A DNA stretch of 64,000 bases from Candidatus Brocadiia bacterium (GCA_050015075.1 JBEKCB010000005.1:128001-192000); one strand, 5' to 3'; positions 38,801 to 46,916 are shown, numbered from the stretch's first letter. Notes: generated by a model from the letters alone, not told the origin. Program-made: numbers and translations.

Positions 38801-39832
38801 AGGAGCGAGGCAATGGAAAAGACCGATCAGCAGCTTCAGACGGAGCTGGCGGCCCGGAAGAAGGCCGAGGAGGAAAACCTGGCCCTGCAGCAGGCCGTTG
38901 CCGAGGCCGCCCGGATGAGCGAGGAATTCGGAGGCGAGCGCGCGCGTCTTGGAGAACAGGTGAAAGAACTCTCGGACGCCCTGAACGAAACCAAGGCACA
39001 CGTCCTGGTCGAAATGGACGAGCGCGCCGACGCCGAGAAGGAAAAAAAGCAGCTCGAGCAGGATGTCGAGCAACTCAAACGAGCCGACGAGGAATTGCGG
39101 ACGCAACGGCTGCAGCTCATGGGGCGACTGAAGGACAACAGCGAGGGACTCTCCAGGGTTCGGGAGCAACTCCAGGAGGAAGCCGTAGATCGGAAACGGG
39201 CTCGTGAGGAGAACGACAAGCTGCGCCAGGATCTGGGCGAGGCCTTGCGCGCAACGCAGGAGGCGAAGAAGAGCGCGGAGGAGTTTGAAGCGCGCGCGCG
39301 CGCGCACGCCGAGGAACTGATGAAGGCCAACGAAGCGCTGCGACAGGAAGCCGCCGAACGCCAACGCGCCCGGGAGGAAAACGACCAACTCCGGAGCCTG
39401 ACGGCCGAGACCAAAGCGGCCTTGGAGGAATCGGCGACGCAGCGCGACGAGTATAAGAGTTGGGCCGAACAGCGCGCAGAAGAACTGCGGCGGCAAATCG
39501 CCCTGCAGCAGCAAGCCCAGGAAGAGAACCAGCAACTTCAGCAGAAACTCGCCAAGTCCATGCAGTCCGTGGAGACCTTCAGGGCAGGATTCGAGGCGCT
39601 CAAAGGCCTGGCGAAAGCGAGCGCCGACGAAACAGCCAGGGAGAACGAAGCCCTTCGCCAGAAGCTGGCCGAGTACGAGCGGGAAGGACAGTCGCTGGGC
39701 ACGGTCCTGAACGACCTCTCCGCGTCAGGGAGCAAGTTCCTCGGCGCGCTCGAGAAGTTCAAAGCGCACGGTCGGGAGCCGCCTCGCCCTGAGACCCCGG
39801 GCGCAGCGTCCGAGGCCGGGGAGAATCGCTGA
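35837..39832 (+). CDS. PAS-domain protein with a ~1200-aa repetitive coiled coil
   Basis: FRVLVENLAEPVVIMD..G.IRFMNPRAERML...LRNVT PAS pattern, followed by E/Q/R/A/L heptads with a 56-aa period. Confidence 0.8.
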   Translation: MNSKERRSNEPLQLSSEATADFRVLVENLAEPVVIMDRAGTIRFMNPRAERMLVLGLKEQVEAYLKNPSHRQPDSQVRFRVDRFGDLVLRIHISNVPWQGQPAMQVSLRNVTHYVTPAQRFSEETAQFNGDNGGSQRSLEQLEARLQDLAAERDNVYAATAQRLAQETAQFQKNQQEAQAQRERLEAQLKELAAEKERIEQSLRAELAQLREAAAKAEPANEDLVQARRTMDELAAARRELEARTGHSPEEWSSLRQLQADAAEAESRLAAAQKKSRAAAEKASAERRQAQDEAQSLRERLAEAERATAESAERNRRLDEQVNQLAAERENAARQLHDAIAARDRSQDEIARLQQLLDAAGRAQEELSAGRQALEERARQQADELLKSGAQLQAESASRAEAEKTVAQLQAQVADGDNAKAESERLRQQIAETESAGKNLHAEQQRLTERAQQAEEASAKLRDQLRQQLEELQRLRDANSLMEQERAASARVADELRARSQTIEGRAKEQADELTKALEQLRAEIAQREKLTAEASQLRDEAAESRRVREELETRLLQLQGPLAELARAQEQSKAELAKETELRARAVAEVQQLRQEVSAARQAQAQLAAQRAELQVQVEELTAPRKRPDEELEKEKAAQLELAELTARCLRFQEEIKKLAASQERANVQLQVEYAERKRTEEENEQLREHVAESKRAAEYLRNQRNVLEGEVKRCGDEIAALTQQLRHEGGQGKQAQVENEQLRQAQAGWEARYFQVQEQLKELARAREEVKAQLEKEVGQRTRAEAAVQQLRQEVSAAQRARAELAAQQTQLQAQRRELSVFQGNSQAELEREIVERKRAQGEVEQLRHERFVLQKAQEELELRHTQFQTQLDDDARALDEARLKLQEEHSQRELSEKQNEQLSQEIGQVNRALQESEAKRSELEAATTARPAETEKLVKQVGQEAAEREQLQARQHDLELELAELRQAEAKWQRQRDELEALVQLRSEAMEKTDQQLQTELAARKKAEEENLALQQAVAEAARMSEEFGGERARLGEQVKELSDALNETKAHVLVEMDERADAEKEKKQLEQDVEQLKRADEELRTQRLQLMGRLKDNSEGLSRVREQLQEEAVDRKRAREENDKLRQDLGEALRATQEAKKSAEEFEARARAHAEELMKANEALRQEAAERQRAREENDQLRSLTAETKAALEESATQRDEYKSWAEQRAEELRRQIALQQQAQEENQQLQQKLAKSMQSVETFRAGFEALKGLAKASADETARENEALRQKLAEYEREGQSLGTVLNDLSASGSKFLGALEKFKAHGREPPRPETPGAASEAGENR

Positions 39833-39935
39833 ATCCTGACCGCGGTCCGCGCGGAGAAACGTCAGGGCACAGTGGCGCGGGCTGTTGCGCAGACTCAACG
39901 TCCGGAGGCGAACGCAACCGGACCCGACTTCGCAA

Positions 39936-40049
39936 CTATTTCCTCTTGCACGTGCATTTCGCCGAAGGTTTCTTACAGGCTGAACAAACTCCGTCCTTGA
40001 TCGCTGCCCCGCATTTGCTGCACGGGCTACATCCGCATGTCTGGCACAT
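39936..40049 (-). CDS. Small Cys-rich peptide (metallothionein-like), 37 aa
   Basis: Hand translation MCQTCGCSPCSKCGAAIKDGVCSACKKPSAKCTCKRK*, with an AAGGGGA RBS. Below the ORF-track cutoff. Confidence 0.75.
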   Translation of the reverse strand: MCQTCGCSPCSKCGAAIKDGVCSACKKPSAKCTCKRK

Positions 40050-40099
40050 GATAAAGCATCCCCTTTCTTCTGCCAGCCGCTCCACTGTGTCCTTACTGA

Positions 40100-40129
40100 A
40101 AGCTAAGCAATTGAAAGCAGAATTGTCAA
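40100..40129 (-). promoter_or_regulatory. Promoter for the Cys-rich peptide
   Basis: Minus strand TTGACA-N18-TAGCTT. Direct repeat TGAAAGC at 40097-40103 and 40112-40118. Confidence 0.5.
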
Positions 40130-41268
40130 GACTTTTTCGGCCCCTTGAACCGCCGCGTGGGCACCGTCTCCGCGCGCATTCCGGTCGCGACCGCGACGGG
40201 AACCGCGCCGCCGCCGGCTTGCTTCAGGGCGGAAATGACTTCCTTCTCCCGGCCGGGCGCGACCGAGATGAAACTGTTCGTCCCCAGCACGATCTTGCTG
40301 CCCAGCGCGCCGCCGCCTGTGGCGGCGGTGATCAACGCCTCGATCTCGGGAACGTTGTATCCCAGGTAATCCCGGAGCAACTCGTGCTGCTTGTCCATCA
40401 TCTCGACCAGCCGGTCGTCGTCAATCCCGTACTCGCTCTCCAGCAACTCGAAGGCCTGCCGGCTGAGATCGCGCATCGCCAGCTGCGCGTACACGACGCC
40501 GGCATCCGCGTCCGGCAGTTCCTTGAGGCGCGGGATCACCTCGTCGTCGGAGGCGTCGCGCAGGTTGAACCCCTCCTGCATTTTCACGACTGCGCTCAGC
40601 GCCGAGAGCGTGGCCCGGACCGCCTGCGCGTGCCGGTCGAGGCCATTCCCGCCCGGCCCGGCGCAGCAGCTCACCAGGCCCGGCAGCGCGCGGTCAATCA
40701 GCGCCACCTGGGACGGCCTGGCCGCCGGGAGCGCCGGGTCGCCGGGCTCCAGGAACAACATCCCGCCCAGAATGCAGGCGTACGTCTCCGGGATCCACCA
40801 CGCGGTGCGCGGCTCGTCCCGATAGGCCCGGCAGGCGGCCTGCGCCGTCTCATTGGCCGAGAGCTCGGCCAGTCGCTCATCCAGCGAGAGCAGCGCAACG
40901 GCCCACGCGGCGAGCAGCGCCGGGCTGTCCGGCAGCGCATCCGTCCAGGGCGCGCGGGAAATGACGTGAAAATCGAATCCGGCCTGAAGTTTTTCTTTCC
41001 GCGGCGGCGCCGCGCGAAACGCCTTTGAAAGCGCCGGCATCTGCGGGAACGCTTCCGCCGCTTCGCCCGGCTCGAACGACATCGGCTCCGGAATCCACGG
41101 CGCGCTCACCGAAAACCGGCCGTCGCTCCGAGGCGTCGCCGCAACGGCGGTGCGCAGGTCCAGCGCCAGCGTGACGGCCGGAAGGCCGAGGAAATACTGA
41201 AGGTCGCCGAACAGCCGGACCGGCCAGGGCACGGAGACGATGAGCGTTTTCCCCTGCTCGACGGTCAT
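40126..41268 (-). CDS. GHMP-kinase (galactokinase-like) protein with degenerate motifs
   Basis: VSVPWPVRLFGD...LGLP, YA..LGG, H.LLRD.L....PEIE.L, and GALGSK. Confidence 0.65.
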   Translation of the reverse strand: MTVEQGKTLIVSVPWPVRLFGDLQYFLGLPAVTLALDLRTAVAATPRSDGRFSVSAPWIPEPMSFEPGEAAEAFPQMPALSKAFRAAPPRKEKLQAGFDFHVISRAPWTDALPDSPALLAAWAVALLSLDERLAELSANETAQAACRAYRDEPRTAWWIPETYACILGGMLFLEPGDPALPAARPSQVALIDRALPGLVSCCAGPGGNGLDRHAQAVRATLSALSAVVKMQEGFNLRDASDDEVIPRLKELPDADAGVVYAQLAMRDLSRQAFELLESEYGIDDDRLVEMMDKQHELLRDYLGYNVPEIEALITAATGGGALGSKIVLGTNSFISVAPGREKEVISALKQAGGGAVPVAVATGMRAETVPTRRFKGPKKS

Positions 41269-41705
41269 TGAGGCTCCGCCTTGAACGGTCCCTCGAACGC
41301 CGTGTCGAAGTCGAAACCGCCCGCGAAATCCTCCCGCGCGTCGCTTTCCGTCTTCCCCAACAGCCCGTGCTCGACCAGGTTGAAGACGATCTCGCCGAAA
41401 TCCTCCGTGCGCCGGACGCGCCAGGTCCGGAAAACGGTCGGCGCCAGCGGTCCGAACATTTGCGCGGCGTACTCGCGAATGCCGTTGAGGAGTTCCTGCC
41501 CGCTGACGTGCCGCTGCGCCGGCGTCAGGTCCGGGGCGTTGCGCCCGAGCGCCTTCTGCGTGTACGTCAGCGCGTCGTAGATGAAAAGATATGCCGCCAG
41601 TTCGTAGCGCGAATCGCGGGAAAGGATCTGCTGCCGGATGGCGGTCTCCGCCGGCACCGCCTCCGGCTTCGCTGCGGGACTCTGCGGAGCTTTTTCCTCA
41701 GTCAT
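41265..41705 (-). CDS. Minf_1886-family protein
   Basis: D.RY...AY.F...AL, HVSGQELL.G, FGPLA..V...W, and DFGEIVFNL. Confidence 0.85.
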   Translation of the reverse strand: MTEEKAPQSPAAKPEAVPAETAIRQQILSRDSRYELAAYLFIYDALTYTQKALGRNAPDLTPAQRHVSGQELLNGIREYAAQMFGPLAPTVFRTWRVRRTEDFGEIVFNLVEHGLLGKTESDAREDFAGGFDFDTAFEGPFKAEPQ

Positions 41706-41723
41706 CGGATCGGCGCCCCAGGC

Positions 41724-43250
41724 TTACGTTTCTTTCTTCGGGAACAGCGGCTGCCCGCGCCGGATCTTCGTGCCCGGCTTCAGGCCGCCCCAGGTCAGCG
41801 CTTCGGCCAGCGTGCGGCGCTCCTCCTCGATGCCCAACTGCTGCCGGATGGCCAGCGCCGAGGCGGGCATCGTCGGCTCGATCAGCAGCCCCAGAATGCG
41901 CGAGGCTTCCGCCAGGTGATAAAGCGTCGCGCCCAGCGCGGCCCGCTGGGCCGGGTCCTTCGCCTGCGACCAGGGCTTGCGCTCCTCGACGTACTGGTTC
42001 GCGCGGCGGACGAACTCCCAGATGCGCTCAAGCGCGCGGCTGAACTGCAGCTCGGCCATGCACGCGTCCACGTCCTGGAAAAGCGACGCAGCGGCCTCGG
42101 CCAGCGCGCCGTCCCGCTGAGCGGGACCGGGGTCCGGCACGACTCCCTGGAAGTAGCGGTCCATCATCGAGAGAGTCCGGAAGACGAAATTGCCCAGGTC
42201 CCCGGCCAGCTCGGCATTGTAGCGCTGGAGCATGGCGGAATCGCGGAAATCGCCGTCGAGGCCGAACGGCAGCTCGCGGAGCAGGAAGTAGCGCAGCGCG
42301 TCGGCGCCGTAGACGTCGGCGACCTCGCCGGGCGTGACGAAATTGTTCTTGCTCTTGCTCATCTTCTCGCCGTTGTGCGTCCACCAGCCGTGCGCGAAGA
42401 CGCCCTTGGGCGGCTCCAGCCCGAGCGCCATGAGCATCGCCGGCCAGATCGCTGCGTGGAACCACAAGATGTCCTTGCCGATCAACTGCACGTCAGCGGG
42501 CCAGCGGCGGCGGAACGTTTCCTCGTCGGTCGAATAGCCGACGGCGGAGACGTAATTGATGAGCGCGTCAATCCACACGTAGGCGCGGTGCGCCGGATCG
42601 AACGGCAGGGGCACGGCCCAGTCGAGCGTCGTCCGCGTGGCGCTCAGGTCGCGCAGCCCGGCGGCCACTCGCGAGCGCAGCTCGTTCATCCGGCCGGCGG
42701 GCCGGACGAAATCCGGGCGCTCCTCGTAGAGTTTGAGCAGCCGCTCCTGGTACCGGCTCAACCGGAAGAAATAGCTCGCCTCGGAGTTCCATTCCGTCGG
42801 CCGCCCGCAGTCCGGGCACTTCGGCTGCGGCTCGTCGGACTCCTTCAGGAACGACTCGCACGAGACGCAATACCAGCCCTTATATTCGCCCGGATACAGG
42901 TCGCCGGAATCGCGCCAGCGCTGAAAAATGAGCTGCACCACCCGCTCGTGCCGCGCCTCGGTCGTCCGGATGAAGTCGTCGTGAGAAATCTCCAGCCGCT
43001 TCCAGGCATCGTGATACGCCGCGACGACGCGGTCGGCCAGTTCGCGCGGCGCAAGCCCCTCAGCCTGCGCGGCGCGCTGCACCTTCAGGCCGTGCTCGTC
43101 GGTGCCTGTCAGAAAAAGCACGTCGTAGCCGCATTGCCGCTTGTAGCGCGCGAGCGCGTCCGCGGCGATGGTCGTGTATGAGTTGCCGATGTGCGGCGAG
43201 TCGGTCACGTAGTAGATCGGCGTGGTGACGTAGAAACCGGGCTTACTCAT
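41724..43250 (-). CDS. metG: Methionine--tRNA ligase (short form)
   Basis: TTPIYY, HIGN, GTDEHG, CxxC..CxxC knuckle, and KMSKS. Confidence 0.97.
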   Translation of the reverse strand: MSKPGFYVTTPIYYVTDSPHIGNSYTTIAADALARYKRQCGYDVLFLTGTDEHGLKVQRAAQAEGLAPRELADRVVAAYHDAWKRLEISHDDFIRTTEARHERVVQLIFQRWRDSGDLYPGEYKGWYCVSCESFLKESDEPQPKCPDCGRPTEWNSEASYFFRLSRYQERLLKLYEERPDFVRPAGRMNELRSRVAAGLRDLSATRTTLDWAVPLPFDPAHRAYVWIDALINYVSAVGYSTDEETFRRRWPADVQLIGKDILWFHAAIWPAMLMALGLEPPKGVFAHGWWTHNGEKMSKSKNNFVTPGEVADVYGADALRYFLLRELPFGLDGDFRDSAMLQRYNAELAGDLGNFVFRTLSMMDRYFQGVVPDPGPAQRDGALAEAAASLFQDVDACMAELQFSRALERIWEFVRRANQYVEERKPWSQAKDPAQRAALGATLYHLAEASRILGLLIEPTMPASALAIRQQLGIEEERRTLAEALTWGGLKPGTKIRRGQPLFPKKET

Positions 43251-44115
43251 CCGGCAACCGCTCCTCGGGCTCGTCGGCCGCCCCGGCTCTTGCGGCGGCT
43301 TCGCGCGGGCAGACGGTCTTGATCTGCGCCAGCGGCACGGTCACCTGCCGCTTGTCGGCGGCCAGCGCGACGGTGACGAGCTTCCTCTCGGCGTCCTGCG
43401 CAACCACTTCGCCTTCGCCCTCCGGCGTCGCCACGAGCACGCCCACGCCGGGCAGCCCGCTCTTCATGTCCTCGTAAACGCTGTCCTCGAAGCGCAGGCA
43501 GCACATCAGCCGCCCGCAGCGGCCGGAGATCTTCGCCGGGTCGAGCGTGGCCTTCTGGTTCTTGGCCATCTTCATCGTCACCGGCTCGAGGTTCTTGATG
43601 AACGTCTTGCAGCAGAGCTCGCGGCCGCAGTGCTCGTAATCGGCCAGCAGGCGCGCCTCGTCGCGCACGCCGATCTGCCGCATCTCGATGCGCGTGTGAT
43701 ATTCCTGCGCCAGGTCCTTCACCAGCTCGCGGAAATCCACGCGCCCCTCGGCCAGGAAGTAGAAGATGATCTTCGAACCGCCGAGCAGGTGCTCGACGCT
43801 GGCGAGCTTCATCGGCAGGTTGCGCTCCTGGATCTTCTTCTTGCAGAAGTCGAATTCCTTCGGCTGGTCCACGTCGCGCAGGGTGGTCAGCTTTTTCAGG
43901 TCGTCGGCATTCAGCTTGCGGATCACCTCGCCGACGACGCCGCTCTGCGCGTCCTCGCCGGCGTACGGCTCGACCGGGTTGAGGATATCGCCGAACTCGA
44001 CGCCGCGTTCGGTGCGGATCACGCAGCGGTCGCCCATGCGCAGCCCGCTGAAATCGGCGCGGAAGCCGCCCACGTGGCTCATCGCGCCGAACCGTATTGT
44101 CGCTCGGTACTTCAT
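43243..44115 (-). CDS. PSP1/RicT (YaaT)-family protein
   Basis: RVDFRELVKDLA, RIEMRQIGVRDEA, CGRELCC, and KISGRCGRLMCCL. Confidence 0.9.
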   Translation of the reverse strand: MKYRATIRFGAMSHVGGFRADFSGLRMGDRCVIRTERGVEFGDILNPVEPYAGEDAQSGVVGEVIRKLNADDLKKLTTLRDVDQPKEFDFCKKKIQERNLPMKLASVEHLLGGSKIIFYFLAEGRVDFRELVKDLAQEYHTRIEMRQIGVRDEARLLADYEHCGRELCCKTFIKNLEPVTMKMAKNQKATLDPAKISGRCGRLMCCLRFEDSVYEDMKSGLPGVGVLVATPEGEGEVVAQDAERKLVTVALAADKRQVTVPLAQIKTVCPREAAARAGAADEPEERLPDE

Positions 44116-44134
44116 CGAGAAAACCTCCGCCGAA

Positions 44135-44226
44135 TGGACGGCGTACGGCAGACGATGGACGATAGACGATGGACCCTGGATGACGGACCACGAACTGTCG
44201 TCCATCGTCCCTCGTCCATCGTCCAT
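44135..44226. repeat. Inverted 7-mer tandem repeat (GACGATG/CATCGTC)
   Basis: GACGATGGACGATAGACGATGGAC ... GTCCATCGTCCCTCGTCCATCGTCCAT. A sister element lies at 60285-60376. Confidence 0.75.
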
Positions 44227-44363
44227 TGGGAAAAGGCCGGATTCGCTATGCTCGATGATATCAGCGCCGCGGGAGACTGTCAACAAACGCCGGCAGGATG
44301 AGGCTCGAAGATGCTGAGTAGAGGATACGCTGGCTCCCTCGCTCACAACTCACGCGACATCGG

Positions 44364-44537
44364 TCAAAAATCGCCGATCCTGTGGCCAACGTTGCTTGGG
44401 TGAGGCCGATCCGCACCGTCCCAGAGGAAGGGCTTGCGCCGGCCGGAGCGGCCATCCTGCATCGCGAGGAACCAGAGAAGAAATACCAGGACGATCGCCA
44501 TGCTGATTACGGCCAGCACCGCCCATACGTTTCGCAT
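44364..44537 (-). CDS. Small single-TM hypothetical protein (57 aa)
   Basis: MRNVWAVLAVISMAIVLVFLLWFLAMQ..., with a GAGG RBS. Confidence 0.45.
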   Translation of the reverse strand: MRNVWAVLAVISMAIVLVFLLWFLAMQDGRSGRRKPFLWDGADRPHPSNVGHRIGDF

Positions 44538-44584
44538 GGCACGCGCCTCGTTTGCATACCACCGCGAACTCAGTTCGCTTCTAC

Positions 44585-44902
44585 TTATGCATCTCGATGG
44601 CCACGCGTTTTGCGCCGTTGCAACCATTTCGCGAAAGAGGCTTGGCTTTCGCCCGAGGGCTTTCCGGTCAACAGTCCCTCTACGCTGACGTCTTCGTCAA
44701 GGCCAGGCCAATGAATCCCGGTCCCCTTGCCGATCAATCTCCATTTAGCCCGCTCGGCCGAAGTGCCGTGCAGCAATCGGGGATACCATGCCAGCGGCAC
44801 GCATATGCTCCGCCCATCGCTCAAGTCAACGCTCAAGCCGTCCGCCGTCACCTTTACGTTCTGGGCGCGCGGCATTTCGATTTCAACCGTGGAAATATTC
44901 AT
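44585..44902 (-). CDS. DUF2442-family protein
   Basis: V.L.DGR.I.VPLAWYPRL and GIHWP.LDED.SVEGLL. Confidence 0.88.
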   Translation of the reverse strand: MNISTVEIEMPRAQNVKVTADGLSVDLSDGRSICVPLAWYPRLLHGTSAERAKWRLIGKGTGIHWPGLDEDVSVEGLLTGKPSGESQASFAKWLQRRKTRGHRDA

Positions 44903-45119
44903 TCCAACCCTCCGACAGTTCCTCTTGATTGTCAGCGACCATGCTCTGAATTCGAGCGATTTCCGCCCTGCTGAATCCGCCGCTCTTCTGCAATCTTACG
45001 GGCTGGAGCCAGAATTTTGCAACCTTGTCACCACACTCGACATGGATATGCAGCGGCTCGTGTCGGTCGCTGGCGTAAAAGAAAAACCGGTACGGCCCGC
45101 GCCTGAGAATCGTGGGCAT
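44883..45119 (-). CDS. DUF4160-family protein
   Basis: MPTILR.GPYRFFFY..D..EP.HIHV, AKFWL.PV.L, and WNEYF. Confidence 0.88.
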   Translation of the reverse strand: MPTILRRGPYRFFFYASDRHEPLHIHVECGDKVAKFWLQPVRLQKSGGFSRAEIARIQSMVADNQEELSEGWNEYFHG

Positions 45120-45125
45120 ACGGCC

Positions 45126-45332
45126 TCAATCCTCCTCCACCTCAATCGCCGCATCCGGGCACATCGCCGCGCAGAAGGTGCAGCCGGTGCAGGCGATCTC
45201 CTCGTGGACTTCGGCGATATGGACGCCGCGGCGGTTGACGGCGACGGACATGTAGAGGATTTTCTTCGGGCAGACCGGCACGCAGAGGCCGCAGCCTTTG
45301 CAGTATTTCTGGTGAACGCGGACTTTAGGCAT
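45126..45332 (-). CDS. 2x[4Fe-4S] ferredoxin (2-oxoacid oxidoreductase delta-like)
   Basis: CKGCGLCVPVCP and CTGCTFCAAMCPD. Confidence 0.9.
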   Translation of the reverse strand: MPKVRVHQKYCKGCGLCVPVCPKKILYMSVAVNRRGVHIAEVHEEIACTGCTFCAAMCPDAAIEVEED

Positions 45333-46179
45333 GTTGGATCGAGCCTTCCCAAAGCAGCTTGGCCCGGAGTGTCTGGAAGAAACTCCGGTTGGAAACTTTC
45401 AGCAGCCGCACCGGCCACGGGTTGCGGCGTATCCGGACGCGGTCGCCGTTCTGGAGCGGCACGAGCACCTGGCCGTCGGCGGTCATCGCGAACGAGACGC
45501 CGCTCGCCCGCGTCTCGACCTCGACCCGCGCGCCGGCGTCCACGACCAGCGGGCGGTTGCTCAGCGAGTGCGGGCAGATGGCGGAGATGACCATCGCCGA
45601 GACGTCCGGCGGGATGATCGGGCCGCCGGAGGCGAGCGAGTGCGCCGTCGAGCCGGTCGGCGTCGAGACGATCAGCCCGTCGGCCACCAGGGTGGTGACC
45701 TGCTCGCCGTTGATGAAGAGCCGCATCTCGATGATACGCGAGAACGCCTCGCGCGAGATGACCACGTCGTTCAGCGCGACGCACTGCCGGATTTTCCGGA
45801 AGCCGCGCCCGTTCGGCCGCAGGACTTCCGCCTGGATCATCATGCGCTCGACCGGCTCGGGGATCTTTTTCATCAGCGCGTCGAGCGTGGCGCCGAGTTC
45901 GTCGGGGTTGATCTCCGCGAGGAACCCCAGCTTGCCCAGGTTCACGCCCAGCAGCGGGATGCCCGCGCGCGAGAGGCGCCGCGCCGCGGCGAGGATCGCC
46001 CCGTCGCCGCCGAGCACCAGCGCGAAGTCGGCCCGGACGCGCTCATGCTCGACCCGCTCGAACAAGTCGCGCCGGCTGATCCGCGCGCGGCCGCGCAACT
46101 GCGCCTCCGCCGACGCCATCGCCTCGCGCGCCCTCGGCTTGTTCAAGTCCGCCATAATCAATACTTTAGGCAGTTTCAC
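45325..46179 (-). CDS. nadK: NAD kinase
   Basis: GGDG, GKLGFL, LND, and DGLIVSTPTGSTAHSLASGGP. Confidence 0.93.
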   Translation of the reverse strand: MKLPKVLIMADLNKPRAREAMASAEAQLRGRARISRRDLFERVEHERVRADFALVLGGDGAILAAARRLSRAGIPLLGVNLGKLGFLAEINPDELGATLDALMKKIPEPVERMMIQAEVLRPNGRGFRKIRQCVALNDVVISREAFSRIIEMRLFINGEQVTTLVADGLIVSTPTGSTAHSLASGGPIIPPDVSAMVISAICPHSLSNRPLVVDAGARVEVETRASGVSFAMTADGQVLVPLQNGDRVRIRRNPWPVRLLKVSNRSFFQTLRAKLLWEGSIQHA

Positions 46180-46215
46180 CGGCTCGTCATCCCGTAAACC
46201 CGGCGCGCTGCGCCG

Positions 46216-46473
46216 TCACTCTTCCTTCGACGGTTCGCTTTCCTCTTCCGGCTCGAACGGCGCCGTCTTCAGTTCGCCGTCGTCGCTCTTGAGGAGGACC
46301 TCGACGCGCTTTTCCGCATCGCGGAGAATCTCGTAACACTTCTTCAGCGCCTTGACGCCTTCCTCATATCTAGCAAGCGAGTCGTCAAGGGTCAAGTCAC
46401 CGGCTTCGAGATCGGCGACGATCTTCTCGAGGCGCGCGAGGTGCTCCTCGAATTTCGGCTTGCTCTTCGCCAT
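46216..46473 (-). CDS. xseB: Exodeoxyribonuclease VII small subunit
   Basis: FEE.L.RLE.IV..LE.G.L.LD.SL..YEEG. Confidence 0.93.
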   Translation of the reverse strand: MAKSKPKFEEHLARLEKIVADLEAGDLTLDDSLARYEEGVKALKKCYEILRDAEKRVEVLLKSDDGELKTAPFEPEEESEPSKEE

Positions 46474-46529
46474 ATCACCACCTCCGAATCATCTCACACA
46501 AAGCCACGGCAAAGCACAACGGCGAGTTC

Positions 46530-46916
46530 TTGCCACGGATTGCACGGATTTCCACGGATTACCGGCAACGAACTGCGCAATAATTGAACGAATTCTATTC
46601 TTGCTTTCCGGTAATCCGTGAAATCCGTGCAATCCGTGGCAAAGCCTTGCCGTTTCCGGTAATCCGTGACCATCCGTGCAATCCGTGGCAAAGCCGTGCC
46701 ATTGCCGGTAATCCGTGGCCATCCGTGTAATCCGTGGCAAAGCCTTGCCGTTGTCGGTAATCCGTGACCATCCGTGCAATCCGTGGCAAAGCCGTGCCAT
46801 TGCCGGTAATCCGTGGCCATCCGTGTAATCCGTGGCAAAGTCTTGCCGTTGTCGGTAATCCGTGACCATCCGTGCAATCCGTGGCAAAGTTTTGTCGTTT
46901 CGTAAAATCCGTGGCA
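46530..46916. repeat. Array of six ~49-bp units plus one inverted unit
   Basis: Units start at 46608, 46656, 46705, 46754, 46803 and 46852; each has three ATCCGTG cores. An inverted arm lies at 46530-46570. Confidence 0.9.

Noticed and set aside
35837-39832. SMC/SbcC or chemoreceptor
   Set aside because: No Walker A/B, hinge, signature motif, TM helices or MCP hairpin tip.
46489-46887. Repetitive ORFs (132, 127, 64 aa) across the array
   Set aside because: The 49-bp unit rotates through all frames and the same peptides appear in each ORF, so they are a by-product of the repeat.
46608-46916. CRISPR array
   Set aside because: The variable parts are only ~12 bp, mutually similar and alternating, so there are no unique spacers. 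No cas genes or leader are present.
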